Below, one piece after another: positions 1-12,357 of a stretch of 26,668 nt of DNA. Made by a program: the position numbers and the translations under genes. The stretch comes from Oscillospiraceae bacterium. Its GTDB lineage: Bacteria; Bacillota; Clostridia; Oscillospirales; Oscillospiraceae. Under the pieces are notes generated by a model. It worked only from the letters and a program-made list of their open reading frames with translations. It had not been told where the DNA came from and ran no database searches. Positions within the stretch are counted from its first letter, which is position 1; every line of letters starts with the position of its first letter. The DNA lies in assembly GCA_031260745.1 (NCBI GenBank), contig JAISKY010000212.1, positions 1 to 26,668 on the forward strand, in the 5' to 3' direction.

Positions 1-1
1 A

Positions 2-223
2 ACCGATAAAGTTGACATCAACGCCACCGTAAAGGGCGGCGGAGTCAGCGGACAGGCCGGAGCAATACGCCACGGAATCGCCAGAGCTTTACTGCTTGCT
101 GACGGAGAATACCGCGGCAAACTTAAAGCGGCGGGTTTCCTGACGCGTGACTCCCGTATGAAAGAGCGTAAAAAATACGGACTGAAGGCAGCTCGTAAAG
201 CTCCGCAGTTCAGCAAGAGATAG
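2..223 (+). CDS. rpsI: 30S ribosomal protein S9, 3' part (truncated by window start)
   Basis: Frame from nt 2 reads ...[21 protein letters not shown]...[29 protein letters not shown], the conserved S9 C-terminus; stop TAG at 221-223. Not in the supplied ORF track. Confidence 0.98.
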   Translation, partial: TDKVDINATVKGGGVSGQAGAIRHGIARALLLADGEYRGKLKAAGFLTRDSRMKERKKYGLKAARKAPQFSKR

Positions 224-238
224 ATTAGCGCGCGTAAT

Positions 239-264
239 TTTAGGCGGGAGTTTTCCCGCCTAAA
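239..264 (+). terminator. Hairpin after rpsI, probable intrinsic terminator (weak U-tract)
   Basis: TTTAGGCGGGA (239-249) / GTTT loop / TCCCGCCTAAA (254-264), perfect 11-bp stem 15 nt after the stop. Confidence 0.65.
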
Positions 265-295
265 CAATTATCGGTTGCAACAGAGGACTTAATTT

Positions 296-670
296 ATGAA
301 TACGCGTTTTATAGATATACTAATCAAAAACTGGTATTTGATAATTTTGCTCATACCCCTTTATCTCGTTGCCGAATATCTTCGCAGAATAGGGCGAGCA
401 ATCGGCGGATTGTTATCGGGTTGGCGTTTTATGGAGGTTCAGGACGCGTATACTATAGACGCTGAACTGCCTAAGAAACTGCCGCTTCACCGCAGAGCAA
501 TGCAACCTCCGGAAAATGAAAGCGATTTCAGGTACAAGCTGTATTTTTTTGGCGGAGAGCTTTTATTAAGCATTCCCGCTGTGGTATTGTTAATCTTTCT
601 AATACAGAACTGGTCGGAATCTATAGTAATACGACAGTTGACTTTACGCCGTTTAGGTGTATATTTATAA
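296..670 (+). CDS. Hypothetical membrane protein, two hydrophobic segments
   Basis: 124-aa ORF with GAGGA RBS at ~283-287; hydrophobic stretches WYLIILLIPLYLVA and LLLSIPAVVLLIFLI; more AT-rich than its neighbours. No family recognised. Confidence 0.55.
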   Translation: MNTRFIDILIKNWYLIILLIPLYLVAEYLRRIGRAIGGLLSGWRFMEVQDAYTIDAELPKKLPLHRRAMQPPENESDFRYKLYFFGGELLLSIPAVVLLIFLIQNWSESIVIRQLTLRRLGVYL

Positions 671-699
671 TTATCTATTAAAACTAAGGGGAACATGTT

Positions 700-3736
<3,037 letters not shown>

Positions 3737-3753
<17 letters not shown>

Positions 3754-4363
3754 GGGTATCGACGGCAGCGGCAAGAGTACGCAGTTCAAATTGTTTTGCG
3801 ACGCGCTCTCGAAATCGGGTACGGTGTTTACCGCCGTCAAATTCCCGCGATACGAGGAAAACTCGTCGGCTCTGATTAAGATGTACCTAAGCGGGGAGCT
3901 TGGCGGAGCGGACGCGGTTAACGCTTACGCCGCGTCGTCGTTTTACGCGGTTGACCGCTACGCGTCGTACAAAACGTCGTGGGGCGCGGACTACGAACGC
4001 GGCGGACTTGTCGTAACCGACCGTTACAGCGGTTCCAACGCGATTCACCAGGGCGCGAAGTTTAATTCCTTACCGGAGCTTAGCGAGTTCTTTATGTGGC
4101 TTGAAGACTACGAATTTAATCTGCTGAAAATCCCTAAACCGGATTTGACGCTGTTTTTCAGACTTAATCCGGAGATTGCGAACTCCCGTATCGCCGCCAG
4201 AGGCGGTGAGCGCGACATTCACGAACGCGATATGGACTACGCCCGCCGTTGCGCCGAAAGCGCGGATTTCGCCGCGAGACACTTTGGCTGGAAGTCTATC
4301 GACGCTTCGCAAGATGAAGAAACGATTCATAAGGAGGTTATGCGTTATGCGGGATTTAACTGA
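3737..4363 (+). CDS. tmk: Thymidylate kinase
   Basis: LITFEGIDGSGKST P-loop, DRYS..SN..HQG, PKPDLTLFF, RDIHERD lid; GTG start with GAGAGG upstream. Confidence 0.95.
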
Positions 4364-4838
4364 ATTGAAAACCGAGTTCCGAAAGGAAATACGCTCCAAA
4401 ATCGCGAAGTTCACCCCCGACGAGCTAAAAGCGTCCGACGCGAAGATTACGGAGAATTTTCTCGCGCTGCCCGAAGTACAAAATTGCGGCAGAGTTTACG
4501 CGTACGTACCTTACGGCAAGGAAATATCAACCTTGGCGGCGCTCTCGTACTTCCGTAAAGCGGGCAAGTATGTTTATGTGTGCTGGGACTGGCCGCCGGA
4601 TATTTTACCGGTAAAAAATGATATTATTATCGTACCGGGCTTGACATTTGACCGCAAGGGGTATAGAATAGGCAAAGGCGGAGGATATTATGACCGTCTG
4701 CTGGAAGCCGCCCCCGGAGTTTTCACCGTCGGACTGGCGCGCGACGCGCTGTTAGCCGACAGCGTACCCCGCGAAACTCACGATATGAGCGTTATGCGCG
4801 TAGTAACGGAAACACAAACCTTAACGATTAATGGTTAA
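4347..4838 (+). CDS. ygfA: 5-formyltetrahydrofolate cyclo-ligase (short variant)
   Basis: KTEFRKEIR N-terminus, IIIVPGLTFDRKGYRIGKGGGYYDRLL, VPRETHDMSVMRVVTE. Start set at ATG 4347 behind AAGGAGG (4331-4337). Confidence 0.9.
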   Translation: MRDLTELKTEFRKEIRSKIAKFTPDELKASDAKITENFLALPEVQNCGRVYAYVPYGKEISTLAALSYFRKAGKYVYVCWDWPPDILPVKNDIIIVPGLTFDRKGYRIGKGGGYYDRLLEAAPGVFTVGLARDALLADSVPRETHDMSVMRVVTETQTLTING

Positions 4839-4905
4839 TACCGCGCCGCTAAACAATTACGGTAAATTAATCATTAAACACTAATCAATGATTTTGGAGT
4901 TTTGG

Positions 4906-6231
4906 ATGGACAACAATAAAAGACCTAACAGCGACGAAACCAAGAAAATCCCGACTTTTGACGAATTAAAAGGGAAGATTCCCCCGATTGTCGAACCTCC
5001 CGATTTCGGCGGCGACGACGACATAGAAGAAACCGAATATGAACCGATGATAACGCGTCGCCGCGAACGCAGTACCGGACTTATCGGCGGGATTATGTAT
5101 TTCGCGTTCGTAATCTGTATCAGCTTAATACTTGCGTGTCTGTTGTGGATTGCGGCGAATGACGTGCTATCGCTTAACAAAGACTACCTTGAAGCTACAA
5201 TCGACATTCCGGCTTTGCCGTACAGCAAAACCGCGCTTATCGAACAGTTGAAAGCGTTGGAAATCACCGCGTCGGCAACCTCGTCGGTTGATAAACTGCT
5301 GGACTTGTTTCCGAGCGGCAAAAAACCGTACGCTCCGTTCGATATGGACGCGCTGATTGACCAGTTAAAGGAAAAGGGCATAATCGAACACCCGCAACTG
5401 TTCCGGCTGTACGTGAGATTCGCCGGAGCGCAGGATAAAATCCAGCCGGGCGTTTACGAGATTAACACTAACCTTGACTATCACGCGATTGTTACCGCGC
5501 TTAGGAAATCGTCCGGTTCGCGTCCGGTGGTCAGCGACGTGCTGATACCGGAGGGCTATACTGTAGCTCAGATTTTCGCGTTGCTGGAGGAAAAGAAAGT
5601 TTGCTCCGCCGATTTGCTGTGGGAGGCGGCTGCAAATTACGCGTTTGAGTACGATTTCCTTGAAGGTTTGCCGTATGGCGATAAAAACCGTCTTGAGGGC
5701 TTCCTGTTTCCGGACACGTATAACTTCTTCCAAAGCTCCGAGCCTGACGAAGCCATCAAGAAGCTCCTGAGTAACTTCAAAATCAAGTTTGACGCTGATT
5801 TGATTGCTCAAACCGCGGCTCAGGGCAAGACGGTTAAGGAGATTCTTACGGTCGCGTCGCTTATTGAGCGCGAAGCCGCCAGCGACTCCGAACGTCCGAT
5901 AATCGCGAGCGTAATATACAACCGTCTGACGAACTGGGATAATCCTCTGCTGCAAATTGACGCGAGTATCCAGTACGCGTTGCCGGAGCATAAAGACGCT
6001 CTCTCCTACGAGGACCTGACCGTTGACAGCCCGTATAACACGTATACGAATCCCGGATTACCGCCCGGTCCGATTGCGAACCCCGGAATCGCGTCAATCA
6101 AAGCCGCGCTGAATCCGGATACTACCGAGTTTTACTTTTACGCGCTCGACAAGACGTTCGCGCACCAATTCTTCAAAACTCAGGCGGAACACGAAGCATT
6201 TGTGGCAAGCCCCGAATTCGTGAACAATTAA
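4906..6231 (+). CDS. mltG: Endolytic transglycosylase MltG (YceG-like)
   Basis: Acidic cytoplasmic N-terminus, one TM helix, IPEGYTV, LEGFLFPDTYNF, ASLIERE (catalytic Glu), IASVIYNRL, LQIDASIQY, SPYNTYTNPGLPPGPIANPG. Start at ATG 4906 behind GGAG. Confidence 0.97.
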   Translation: MDNNKRPNSDETKKIPTFDELKGKIPPIVEPPDFGGDDDIEETEYEPMITRRRERSTGLIGGIMYFAFVICISLILACLLWIAANDVLSLNKDYLEATIDIPALPYSKTALIEQLKALEITASATSSVDKLLDLFPSGKKPYAPFDMDALIDQLKEKGIIEHPQLFRLYVRFAGAQDKIQPGVYEINTNLDYHAIVTALRKSSGSRPVVSDVLIPEGYTVAQIFALLEEKKVCSADLLWEAAANYAFEYDFLEGLPYGDKNRLEGFLFPDTYNFFQSSEPDEAIKKLLSNFKIKFDADLIAQTAAQGKTVKEILTVASLIEREAASDSERPIIASVIYNRLTNWDNPLLQIDASIQYALPEHKDALSYEDLTVDSPYNTYTNPGLPPGPIANPGIASIKAALNPDTTEFYFYALDKTFAHQFFKTQAEHEAFVASPEFVNN

Positions 6232-6282
6232 TCAACGCCGGACATCTGCCGCGTATAACGCGCAATCTAAGGAGATTATAAT

Positions 6283-7449
6283 ATGAAACCGCTCGGACTT
6301 AACGAAATACGCGAAAAATTTCTTTCGTTTTTTGAAAGCAAGGGACATTTGCGAATGCAATCGTCATCGCTTGTGCCGCAGGGCGACGCTTCGCTACTGC
6401 TTATAAACTCAGGAATGGCGCCGCTAAAGCCGTATTTCAGCGGCGAGGCTCCGCCTCCGCAAGGGAATCGCAGAGCTACGACGTGCCAAAAGTGTATTCG
6501 CACTCCGGATATAGAGCGCGTCGGCAAAACCTCGCGCCACGGCACGTTTTTTGAGATGCTAGGCAATTTCAGCTTCGGCGATTATTTTAAGAGCGAAGCG
6601 TGTAAATGGGCGTGGGAGTTCTGTACCGAGATTATGGAACTTCCCATCGATAAGCTCTACGTCACCGTATACGCCGGAGAGGGCGACGGTTTAGCCGGAT
6701 TTCCGGACGAACAAGCCTACGACATCTGGGCGAACGAAGTCGGGGTTGACCCGTCCCATTTATCGCGTCTAGGTAAAGAGGACAACTTCTGGGAAATCGG
6801 AGCCGGTCCGTGCGGACCGTGCAGCGAGATTTACTTCGACCGCGGACCCGACCCGAAATGCGTTGACCCTGACAACTGTAAACCCGGCTGCGACTGCGAC
6901 CGCTACGTTGAGTTCTGGAACCTCGTATTTACGCAGTTTAACAACGACGGCTCTAACAATTACACTAAGCTGAATCAGAATAACATCGACACCGGAATGG
7001 GCTTAGAGCGTATGGCGTGTATTATGCAAGGCGTTGACAGTCTGTTCGACGTCGATACCATAATGAACATTACGAAGCGCGTAAGCGCAATCACGGGCGC
7101 GAAATACGGTCAAAGCGAGAGCGTTGACGTTTCGCTTAGGGTTATCACAGACCATATCCGCAGTACGACTATGATGATTTCCGACGGCATACTGCCGTCT
7201 AACGAGGGTCGCGGTTACGTGCTTCGCCGGTTGCTCCGCAGAGCGGCGCGTCACGGAAAATTACTCGGTACGGACAAGCCGTTCCTGTTTGAGGTTTGCG
7301 AAACCGTAATCAACGAAAGTAAGGCGGCGTACCCGGAACTTGACGAGAAAAAAGCTCACATTATCCGCGTAATAAAGGCGGAGGAGGAGCGTTTTGCCGC
7401 CACCATCGACGCGGGTATGAAGATACTGCTTGACCTCCGGCGAACATAA
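6283..7449 (+). CDS. alaS: Alanyl-tRNA synthetase, N-terminal fragment (catalytic domain)
   Basis: [79 protein letters not shown]; homology continues in another frame after ~7430. Confidence 0.95.
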   Translation: MKPLGLNEIREKFLSFFESKGHLRMQSSSLVPQGDASLLLINSGMAPLKPYFSGEAPPPQGNRRATTCQKCIRTPDIERVGKTSRHGTFFEMLGNFSFGDYFKSEACKWAWEFCTEIMELPIDKLYVTVYAGEGDGLAGFPDEQAYDIWANEVGVDPSHLSRLGKEDNFWEIGAGPCGPCSEIYFDRGPDPKCVDPDNCKPGCDCDRYVEFWNLVFTQFNNDGSNNYTKLNQNNIDTGMGLERMACIMQGVDSLFDVDTIMNITKRVSAITGAKYGQSESVDVSLRVITDHIRSTTMMISDGILPSNEGRGYVLRRLLRRAARHGKLLGTDKPFLFEVCETVINESKAAYPELDEKKAHIIRVIKAEEERFAATIDAGMKILLDLRRT

Positions 7450-8851
7450 AAATGTTCTTCCGGGCGAGGATTGCTTTAAGCTGTACGATACATTTGGATT
7501 CCCTATTGACCTGACAATTGAGATACTCGCGGAGCATAATATGACCGCCGATATGGACGGCTTCAACGCTCTGATGAAAGAACAGCGCGAACGCGCCAGA
7601 GCCGCGACCGCCGCGCTTGGCGACCACGGTTGGGAAGCGTTAGACCTGGGACTTCCGAAAGAGGAACAAACCGTTTTCGCGGGCTACGAATATATGACCG
7701 TGGACGACGCTATTGTCAGAGCCGTCGGCAACGGCTGGTGCGTACTTGATAAAACTCCGTTTTACGCGGAGATGGGCGGACAAATTTCCGACGTCGGAAC
7801 AATCGCGGGAATAGCGGTTACCGACGTTCGTAAGACTAAGGACGGCAAATATCTGCACCTCGGCGAGTTTGAAGCTGACAGTTTTACGTCCGGCGATATT
7901 GTAGTTGCCGCCGTGGAACTTGAACGCCGCAAGGCGATTATGCGCGCTCACAGCTCCGCGCATTTGCTCCAAGCCGCGTTGCGTAAGGTTGTAGGTTCGC
8001 ACATCGAACAAGCCGGTTCGTGGGTAGGTCCCGATACGCTTAGGTTTGACTTCACGCACTTTCAGGCGGTTGAGCCGGAGGAACTGGAGCGAATCGGCGG
8101 GTTGGTTAACGCGTGGGTTCTCGACGATTTGCCGATAGACGTTCGCGAAATGCCCGTCGCCGAGGCGAAGCAAAGCGGCGCTCTCGCGCTGTTCGGCGAG
8201 AAGTACGGCGACATTGTGCGAGTCGTGAAGATGGGCGACGCGAGCGTCGAGTTCTGCGGCGGTACTCACCTGACGAATACTGCGAAAGTCGGTCAGCTTA
8301 GGATTATGAAAGAGTTTTCCGTCGCGGCGGGAGTTCGTCGTATCGAAGCCTTTACGGGTTTGAACGCGATACAAAGCTACAAGGACGACGCGATAAAATC
8401 CGCCGAGGATATGGACGCAGTTCAGGCTCAGGTAAAAGCCGCTAAACGGAATTTTGAGCAGCTTACCCGCAAGGTGATGAACTCAACGGGCGATAAGTTG
8501 TATATGGAAGCTGAAAAAATCGGCGAAATCAGAGTAATAGCCGCCGCCGTCGCGGACGCTGACGGCGACAGACTGAAACTTGCGGCGGAGTATCTTCGCG
8601 ATAAAGCGGACTCGGTCGCGGCGGTTCTCGCGACGGTAAACGACGGCAAGATTACGTTTGTGTCCGTATGCGGCAAAGCGGCGGTCGCCGCGGGGATTAA
8701 GGCGGGCGATTTGATTAAACTCGTAACCTCCGCTACGGGCGGTAAAGGCGGCGGCAAACCTGACGTCGCTATGGGCGGCGGTACTGAACCCGATAAACTA
8801 AGCCACGCTTTGGATTCGGTTAACGAATACGTGAAAGGACTTATTAAATGA
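7430..8851 (+). CDS. alaS: Alanyl-tRNA synthetase, C-terminal fragment (editing and C-Ala domains), +1 frame relative to the N-fragment
   Basis: [62 protein letters not shown]. The TTG start is not supported by a clear RBS. Confidence 0.9.
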   Translation: MTSGEHKNVLPGEDCFKLYDTFGFPIDLTIEILAEHNMTADMDGFNALMKEQRERARAATAALGDHGWEALDLGLPKEEQTVFAGYEYMTVDDAIVRAVGNGWCVLDKTPFYAEMGGQISDVGTIAGIAVTDVRKTKDGKYLHLGEFEADSFTSGDIVVAAVELERRKAIMRAHSSAHLLQAALRKVVGSHIEQAGSWVGPDTLRFDFTHFQAVEPEELERIGGLVNAWVLDDLPIDVREMPVAEAKQSGALALFGEKYGDIVRVVKMGDASVEFCGGTHLTNTAKVGQLRIMKEFSVAAGVRRIEAFTGLNAIQSYKDDAIKSAEDMDAVQAQVKAAKRNFEQLTRKVMNSTGDKLYMEAEKIGEIRVIAAAVADADGDRLKLAAEYLRDKADSVAAVLATVNDGKITFVSVCGKAAVAAGIKAGDLIKLVTSATGGKGGGKPDVAMGGGTEPDKLSHALDSVNEYVKGLIK

Positions 8852-9204
8852 CACCAAAAGAAGTAATGGAACTGGCGGTTAAATCGCTGATAGATAAAAA
8901 AGCTAAAGACATAACGGTATTACGCACTACGGAGCTTACGGTACTTGCGGACTATTTTGTAATCGCAAGCGGCACATCTCTGCGTCAACTGCGAACTTTG
9001 TCGGACGAGGTCAGCAAAGCGCTGGAGGACGCGAACGAACCTCCGCTTAGAGTAGAGGGCTATCGCGGCGGCGGTTGGACGCTGGTGGACTTCGGAGCGA
9101 TTGTGCTTCATCTGTTCACCGACGAAATCCGCGGCTTCTACGACCTTGAGCGGCTATGGGGCGACGCTCCGAAAGTTGACGTTGAGTATTTGATTACGGA
9201 ATAA
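8848..9204 (+). CDS. rsfS: Ribosome silencing factor RsfS (Iojap)
   Basis: DKKAKDI, ADYFVIASG, VEGY...WTLVDFG.IVLHLF....RGFYDLERLW; ATGA overlap with alaS. Confidence 0.97.
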   Translation: MTPKEVMELAVKSLIDKKAKDITVLRTTELTVLADYFVIASGTSLRQLRTLSDEVSKALEDANEPPLRVEGYRGGGWTLVDFGAIVLHLFTDEIRGFYDLERLWGDAPKVDVEYLITE

Positions 9205-9207
9205 ACA

Positions 9208-9278
9208 AACCGCTAATGAACGCGCATTAACACTAATAGAATAATCGTATTTGTGTTAATTAGTGTTAATTAGCGGTT
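9208..9278. repeat. Inverted-repeat element built from ~9-10-nt tandem units
   Basis: Left arm AACCGCTAATGAACGCGCATTAACAC (9208-9233) vs reverse complement of right arm 9253-9278, AACCGCTAATTAACACTAATTAACAC: 22/26 identical; right arm contains (GTGTTAATTA)x2. Confidence 0.8.
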
Positions 9279-9305
9279 CGTATCCCTCGTATTTTAGGAG
9301 AGCTT

Positions 9306-11618
9306 ATGAGTAACAAACCAAAATATTACGCGCTGATAGAATTTCCGTACCCGTCGGGTAACGGTCTGCATATGGGTCACACCCGTCCGTATACCGCGAT
9401 GGACATAATTGCCCGTAAACGCAGAATGGAGGGCTACGACGTGCTGTTCCCTGTCGGGTGGGACGCGTTCGGACTGCCTACGGAAAACTTCGCTATTAAG
9501 AACCACGTTCACCCGAAAGCAGTAACCGCTAAGAACATCGAGCATTTCCGCGAACAGGCTAAGTCACTGTTGTACTCGTTTGACTGGGACCGCGAGGTCA
9601 ACACTACCGACCCGGACTATTACAAGTGGACGCAGTGGATTTTCCTGCAAATGTTCAAACACGGTCTGGCATACAAAACCAAAATGCCGGTTAACTGGTG
9701 TACGAGCTGTAAATGCGTTCTTGCCAACGAGGAAGTTGTGGACGGAGTTTGCGAACGCTGCGGCTCCGAGGTCGTACGCAAGGAAAAATCGCAGTGGATG
9801 CTGAAAATCACCGCGTACGCGGAGCGTCTAATCAACGACCTTGACGAAGTTGACTTCATTGAGCGCGTTAAAACTCAGCAGAAAAACTGGATTGGACGCT
9901 CCACAGGCGCGGAAGTGGATTTTCAGTTGACCGCGAACGGCGAACAGTTAACCGTTTATACTACGCGTCCGGATACTCTGTTCGGAGCGACGTATATGGT
10001 CGTGGCTCCGGAACACGAGATTATCTCTAAAATTCGCGATAAAATTGAAAACATAGCGGAGCTTGACGCGTACATTGTCAGCGCGAGTAAAAAATCGGAC
10101 TTTGAGCGCGGCGAGCTTAACAAAGATAAAACCGGAGTTGAGCTTAAAGGCGTTAAGGCGATTAACCCCGTTACCGGCGACGAGATTCCGATTTTCACCG
10201 CCGACTATGTGCTGTCAACTTACGGAACCGGCGCGATTATGGCTGTTCCGGGTCACGACGAGCGCGATTGGGAGTTCGCGACGAAGTTCGGCTTGCCGAT
10301 TGTTGAAGTCATAGCGGGCGGCAATGTCAAAGAGGAAGCGTTTAGCGGCGACGGACTTGCGATTAACAGCGGATTTCTAAACGGTTTGCGAGTCAAGGAA
10401 GCTAAATCGAAAATGATAGAGTGGCTTACCTCTAAAGGAATCGGACACGAAAAGGTTAACTACAAACTTCGCGACTGGGTTTTCTCGCGTCAGCGATATT
10501 GGGGCGAGCCTATTCCCATTGTACATTGCGAGCATTGCGGCTACGTGCCGCTTGACGAGAGCGAGTTGCCGTTACTGTTGCCGGAAGTCGAAAGCTACGA
10601 AACTACCGATACGGGCGAAAGTCCGCTGTCCGCCATTGACGAATGGGTTAACGTAAAATGCCCTAAATGCGGCGGTCCCGCTAAACGCGAAACCGATACT
10701 ATGCCGCAGTGGGCGGGTTCGAGTTGGTACTATCTGCGCTATATGTCGCCGAATTACGATAAGGCTCTTGTTGACCCGGACGCGCTGAAATACTGGGGAC
10801 AGGTCGATTGGTACAACGGCGGTATGGAGCATACCACTTTGCATTTGCTGTACTCGCGATTCTGGTATAAGTTCCTGTACGACATCGGCGTAGTTCCGTT
10901 CAAAGAACCGTACGCTAAGCGTACAAGCCAGGGTATGATACTCGGCGAAGACGGTCAAAAGATGTCCAAATCACGCGGAAACGTCCTTGACCCCGAGGAA
11001 GTTATCGCGCAGTACGGCGCGGACACGCTAAGACTGTATATAATGTTTATCGGCGATTTCGAGCAGACCGCGAACTGGAACAGCAACGCCGTAAAAGGCT
11101 GTAAGCGTTTTCTTGACCGCATCGGCGCGTTGGCGGCGAAGCCGTTACTCTCGAAAAGCGAGTGCGAGGCCTCCGTTAATAAGACAATTAAAAAAGTCGG
11201 CGACGACATAGAACAACTGAAGTTTAATACGGCAATCGCGGCGATGATGGCGTTGCTGAACGAGCTTACCGAAAAAGGCGCGTCGAAAGAGGATTTACGC
11301 GCGTTGCTGGCGATTTTATGTCCGTTTGCTCCGCAGACTACTCAGGAATTGTGGTCGCGGCTAAGGTTCAGCGGCGAAGCCGCAAAGCAGTCGTGGCCGA
11401 ATTACGACCCGGCGAAGTTGGTCGAAAGCGAAAAGACTTTAGCGGTTCAGGTCGGCGGCAAATTACGCTCCACGATTGTAATGCCCGCGGACGCGCCTGA
11501 TGACGACATCGTAAAAACCGCGCTGAACGACGAGAAAATCGCTAAAATCGCCGAGGGTAAAACCTTGATTAAGTCCATCGTAGTTAAAAATAAACTTGTC
11601 AACCTGATTTTTAAGTAA
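9306..11618 (+). CDS. leuS: Leucyl-tRNA synthetase
   Basis: EFPYPSGNGLHMGH (HIGH motif), GWDAFGLP, WIGRSTG, YTTRPDTLFGATY, GTGAIMAVPGHDERD (CP1 editing), LRDWVFSRQRYWGEPIP, KMSKS; AGGAG RBS at 9296-9300. Confidence 0.99.
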   Translation: MSNKPKYYALIEFPYPSGNGLHMGHTRPYTAMDIIARKRRMEGYDVLFPVGWDAFGLPTENFAIKNHVHPKAVTAKNIEHFREQAKSLLYSFDWDREVNTTDPDYYKWTQWIFLQMFKHGLAYKTKMPVNWCTSCKCVLANEEVVDGVCERCGSEVVRKEKSQWMLKITAYAERLINDLDEVDFIERVKTQQKNWIGRSTGAEVDFQLTANGEQLTVYTTRPDTLFGATYMVVAPEHEIISKIRDKIENIAELDAYIVSASKKSDFERGELNKDKTGVELKGVKAINPVTGDEIPIFTADYVLSTYGTGAIMAVPGHDERDWEFATKFGLPIVEVIAGGNVKEEAFSGDGLAINSGFLNGLRVKEAKSKMIEWLTSKGIGHEKVNYKLRDWVFSRQRYWGEPIPIVHCEHCGYVPLDESELPLLLPEVESYETTDTGESPLSAIDEWVNVKCPKCGGPAKRETDTMPQWAGSSWYYLRYMSPNYDKALVDPDALKYWGQVDWYNGGMEHTTLHLLYSRFWYKFLYDIGVVPFKEPYAKRTSQGMILGEDGQKMSKSRGNVLDPEEVIAQYGADTLRLYIMFIGDFEQTANWNSNAVKGCKRFLDRIGALAAKPLLSKSECEASVNKTIKKVGDDIEQLKFNTAIAAMMALLNELTEKGASKEDLRALLAILCPFAPQTTQELWSRLRFSGEAAKQSWPNYDPAKLVESEKTLAVQVGGKLRSTIVMPADAPDDDIVKTALNDEKIAKIAEGKTLIKSIVVKNKLVNLIFK

Positions 11619-11654
11619 TTTTAAGTAAGTTAATAAAAGGAAAGGGGTACGGAT

Positions 11655-12272
11655 ATGGTCACGAGAATAGACGGCGGCCTCCAGCAGAGTTTCAAAGCGG
11701 AGGACGGCAAAACCGAGGTTTCGGGTTTCTCCGACGCGCTAAACCAAAGCCGGAACCAGTCACTGGACGAAATATTCAAAGAGGCGTCCACGATTTACAA
11801 TGTACCGCTGAATCTGTTGAAAGCGGTCGCGAAAACCGAAAGCGGGTTCGACCCGAACGCGGTATCGCGCTCCGGCGCTCAGGGTATTATGCAGTTAATG
11901 CCGGCGACCGCGAAAGGTCTGGGCGTTGACGACCCGTTTGACGCGGAGCAGAACATTATGGGCGGAGCGCGTATGTTGGAGCAATTACTATCGCAATACA
12001 ACGGCGACGTTACTCTTACTCTTGCCGCGTATAACGCGGGAGCGGGTAACGTAGCCAAGTACGGCGGAGTTCCTCCGTTCGCGGAAACTCAGGCGTTTAT
12101 TGAGCGCGTCAAGTCTTACGCCGGCGGCGATATTACGGTTCCCTCAACGTACATAAGCGACGGAAATACTAAGTCTGTCGATTATACGGACGACCTGATT
12201 CCCTCGTTTCTCTCGAAACTCCTGGAGTTGGAGCAAAAAAACGACGACGACGATGAAAAAACAATTTGGTAG
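11655..12272 (+). CDS. Lytic transglycosylase, SLT domain
   Basis: AVAKTESGFDPNAVSRSGAQGIMQLMP, NIMGGARML, LAAYNAG, ETQAFI motifs. Confidence 0.95.
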   Translation: MVTRIDGGLQQSFKAEDGKTEVSGFSDALNQSRNQSLDEIFKEASTIYNVPLNLLKAVAKTESGFDPNAVSRSGAQGIMQLMPATAKGLGVDDPFDAEQNIMGGARMLEQLLSQYNGDVTLTLAAYNAGAGNVAKYGGVPPFAETQAFIERVKSYAGGDITVPSTYISDGNTKSVDYTDDLIPSFLSKLLELEQKNDDDDEKTIW

Positions 12273-12294
12273 GCGATATAGAACCATACCAACG

Positions 12295-12327
12295 AGAGCG
12301 CCGAGCCATAATTTGGCTCGGCGCTCT
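12295..12327. terminator. Bidirectional terminator-like hairpin between convergent genes
   Basis: AGAGCGCCGAGCCA / TAATT / TGGCTCGGCGCTCT, perfect 14-bp stem between the SLT stop (12272) and the activase stop (12358). Confidence 0.75.
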
Positions 12328-12357
12328 TGTACCCGTCAGAGCGTTACGGCTCACGCC

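Noticed and set aside
4176-4346. Longer N-terminus for the cyclo-ligase given in the ORF track
   Set aside because: Lies inside tmk; homology and a strong RBS point to ATG 4347.
7426-7436. prfB-like programmed +1 frameshift site at the alaS break
   Set aside because: The sequence is CTTGAC, not CTTTGAC, there is no in-frame stop at the shift codon, and no internal SD at the required spacing.
12238-12255. (GAC)n run at the end of the SLT gene
   Set aside because: Simply encodes a poly-Asp tail; too short to imply phase variation.
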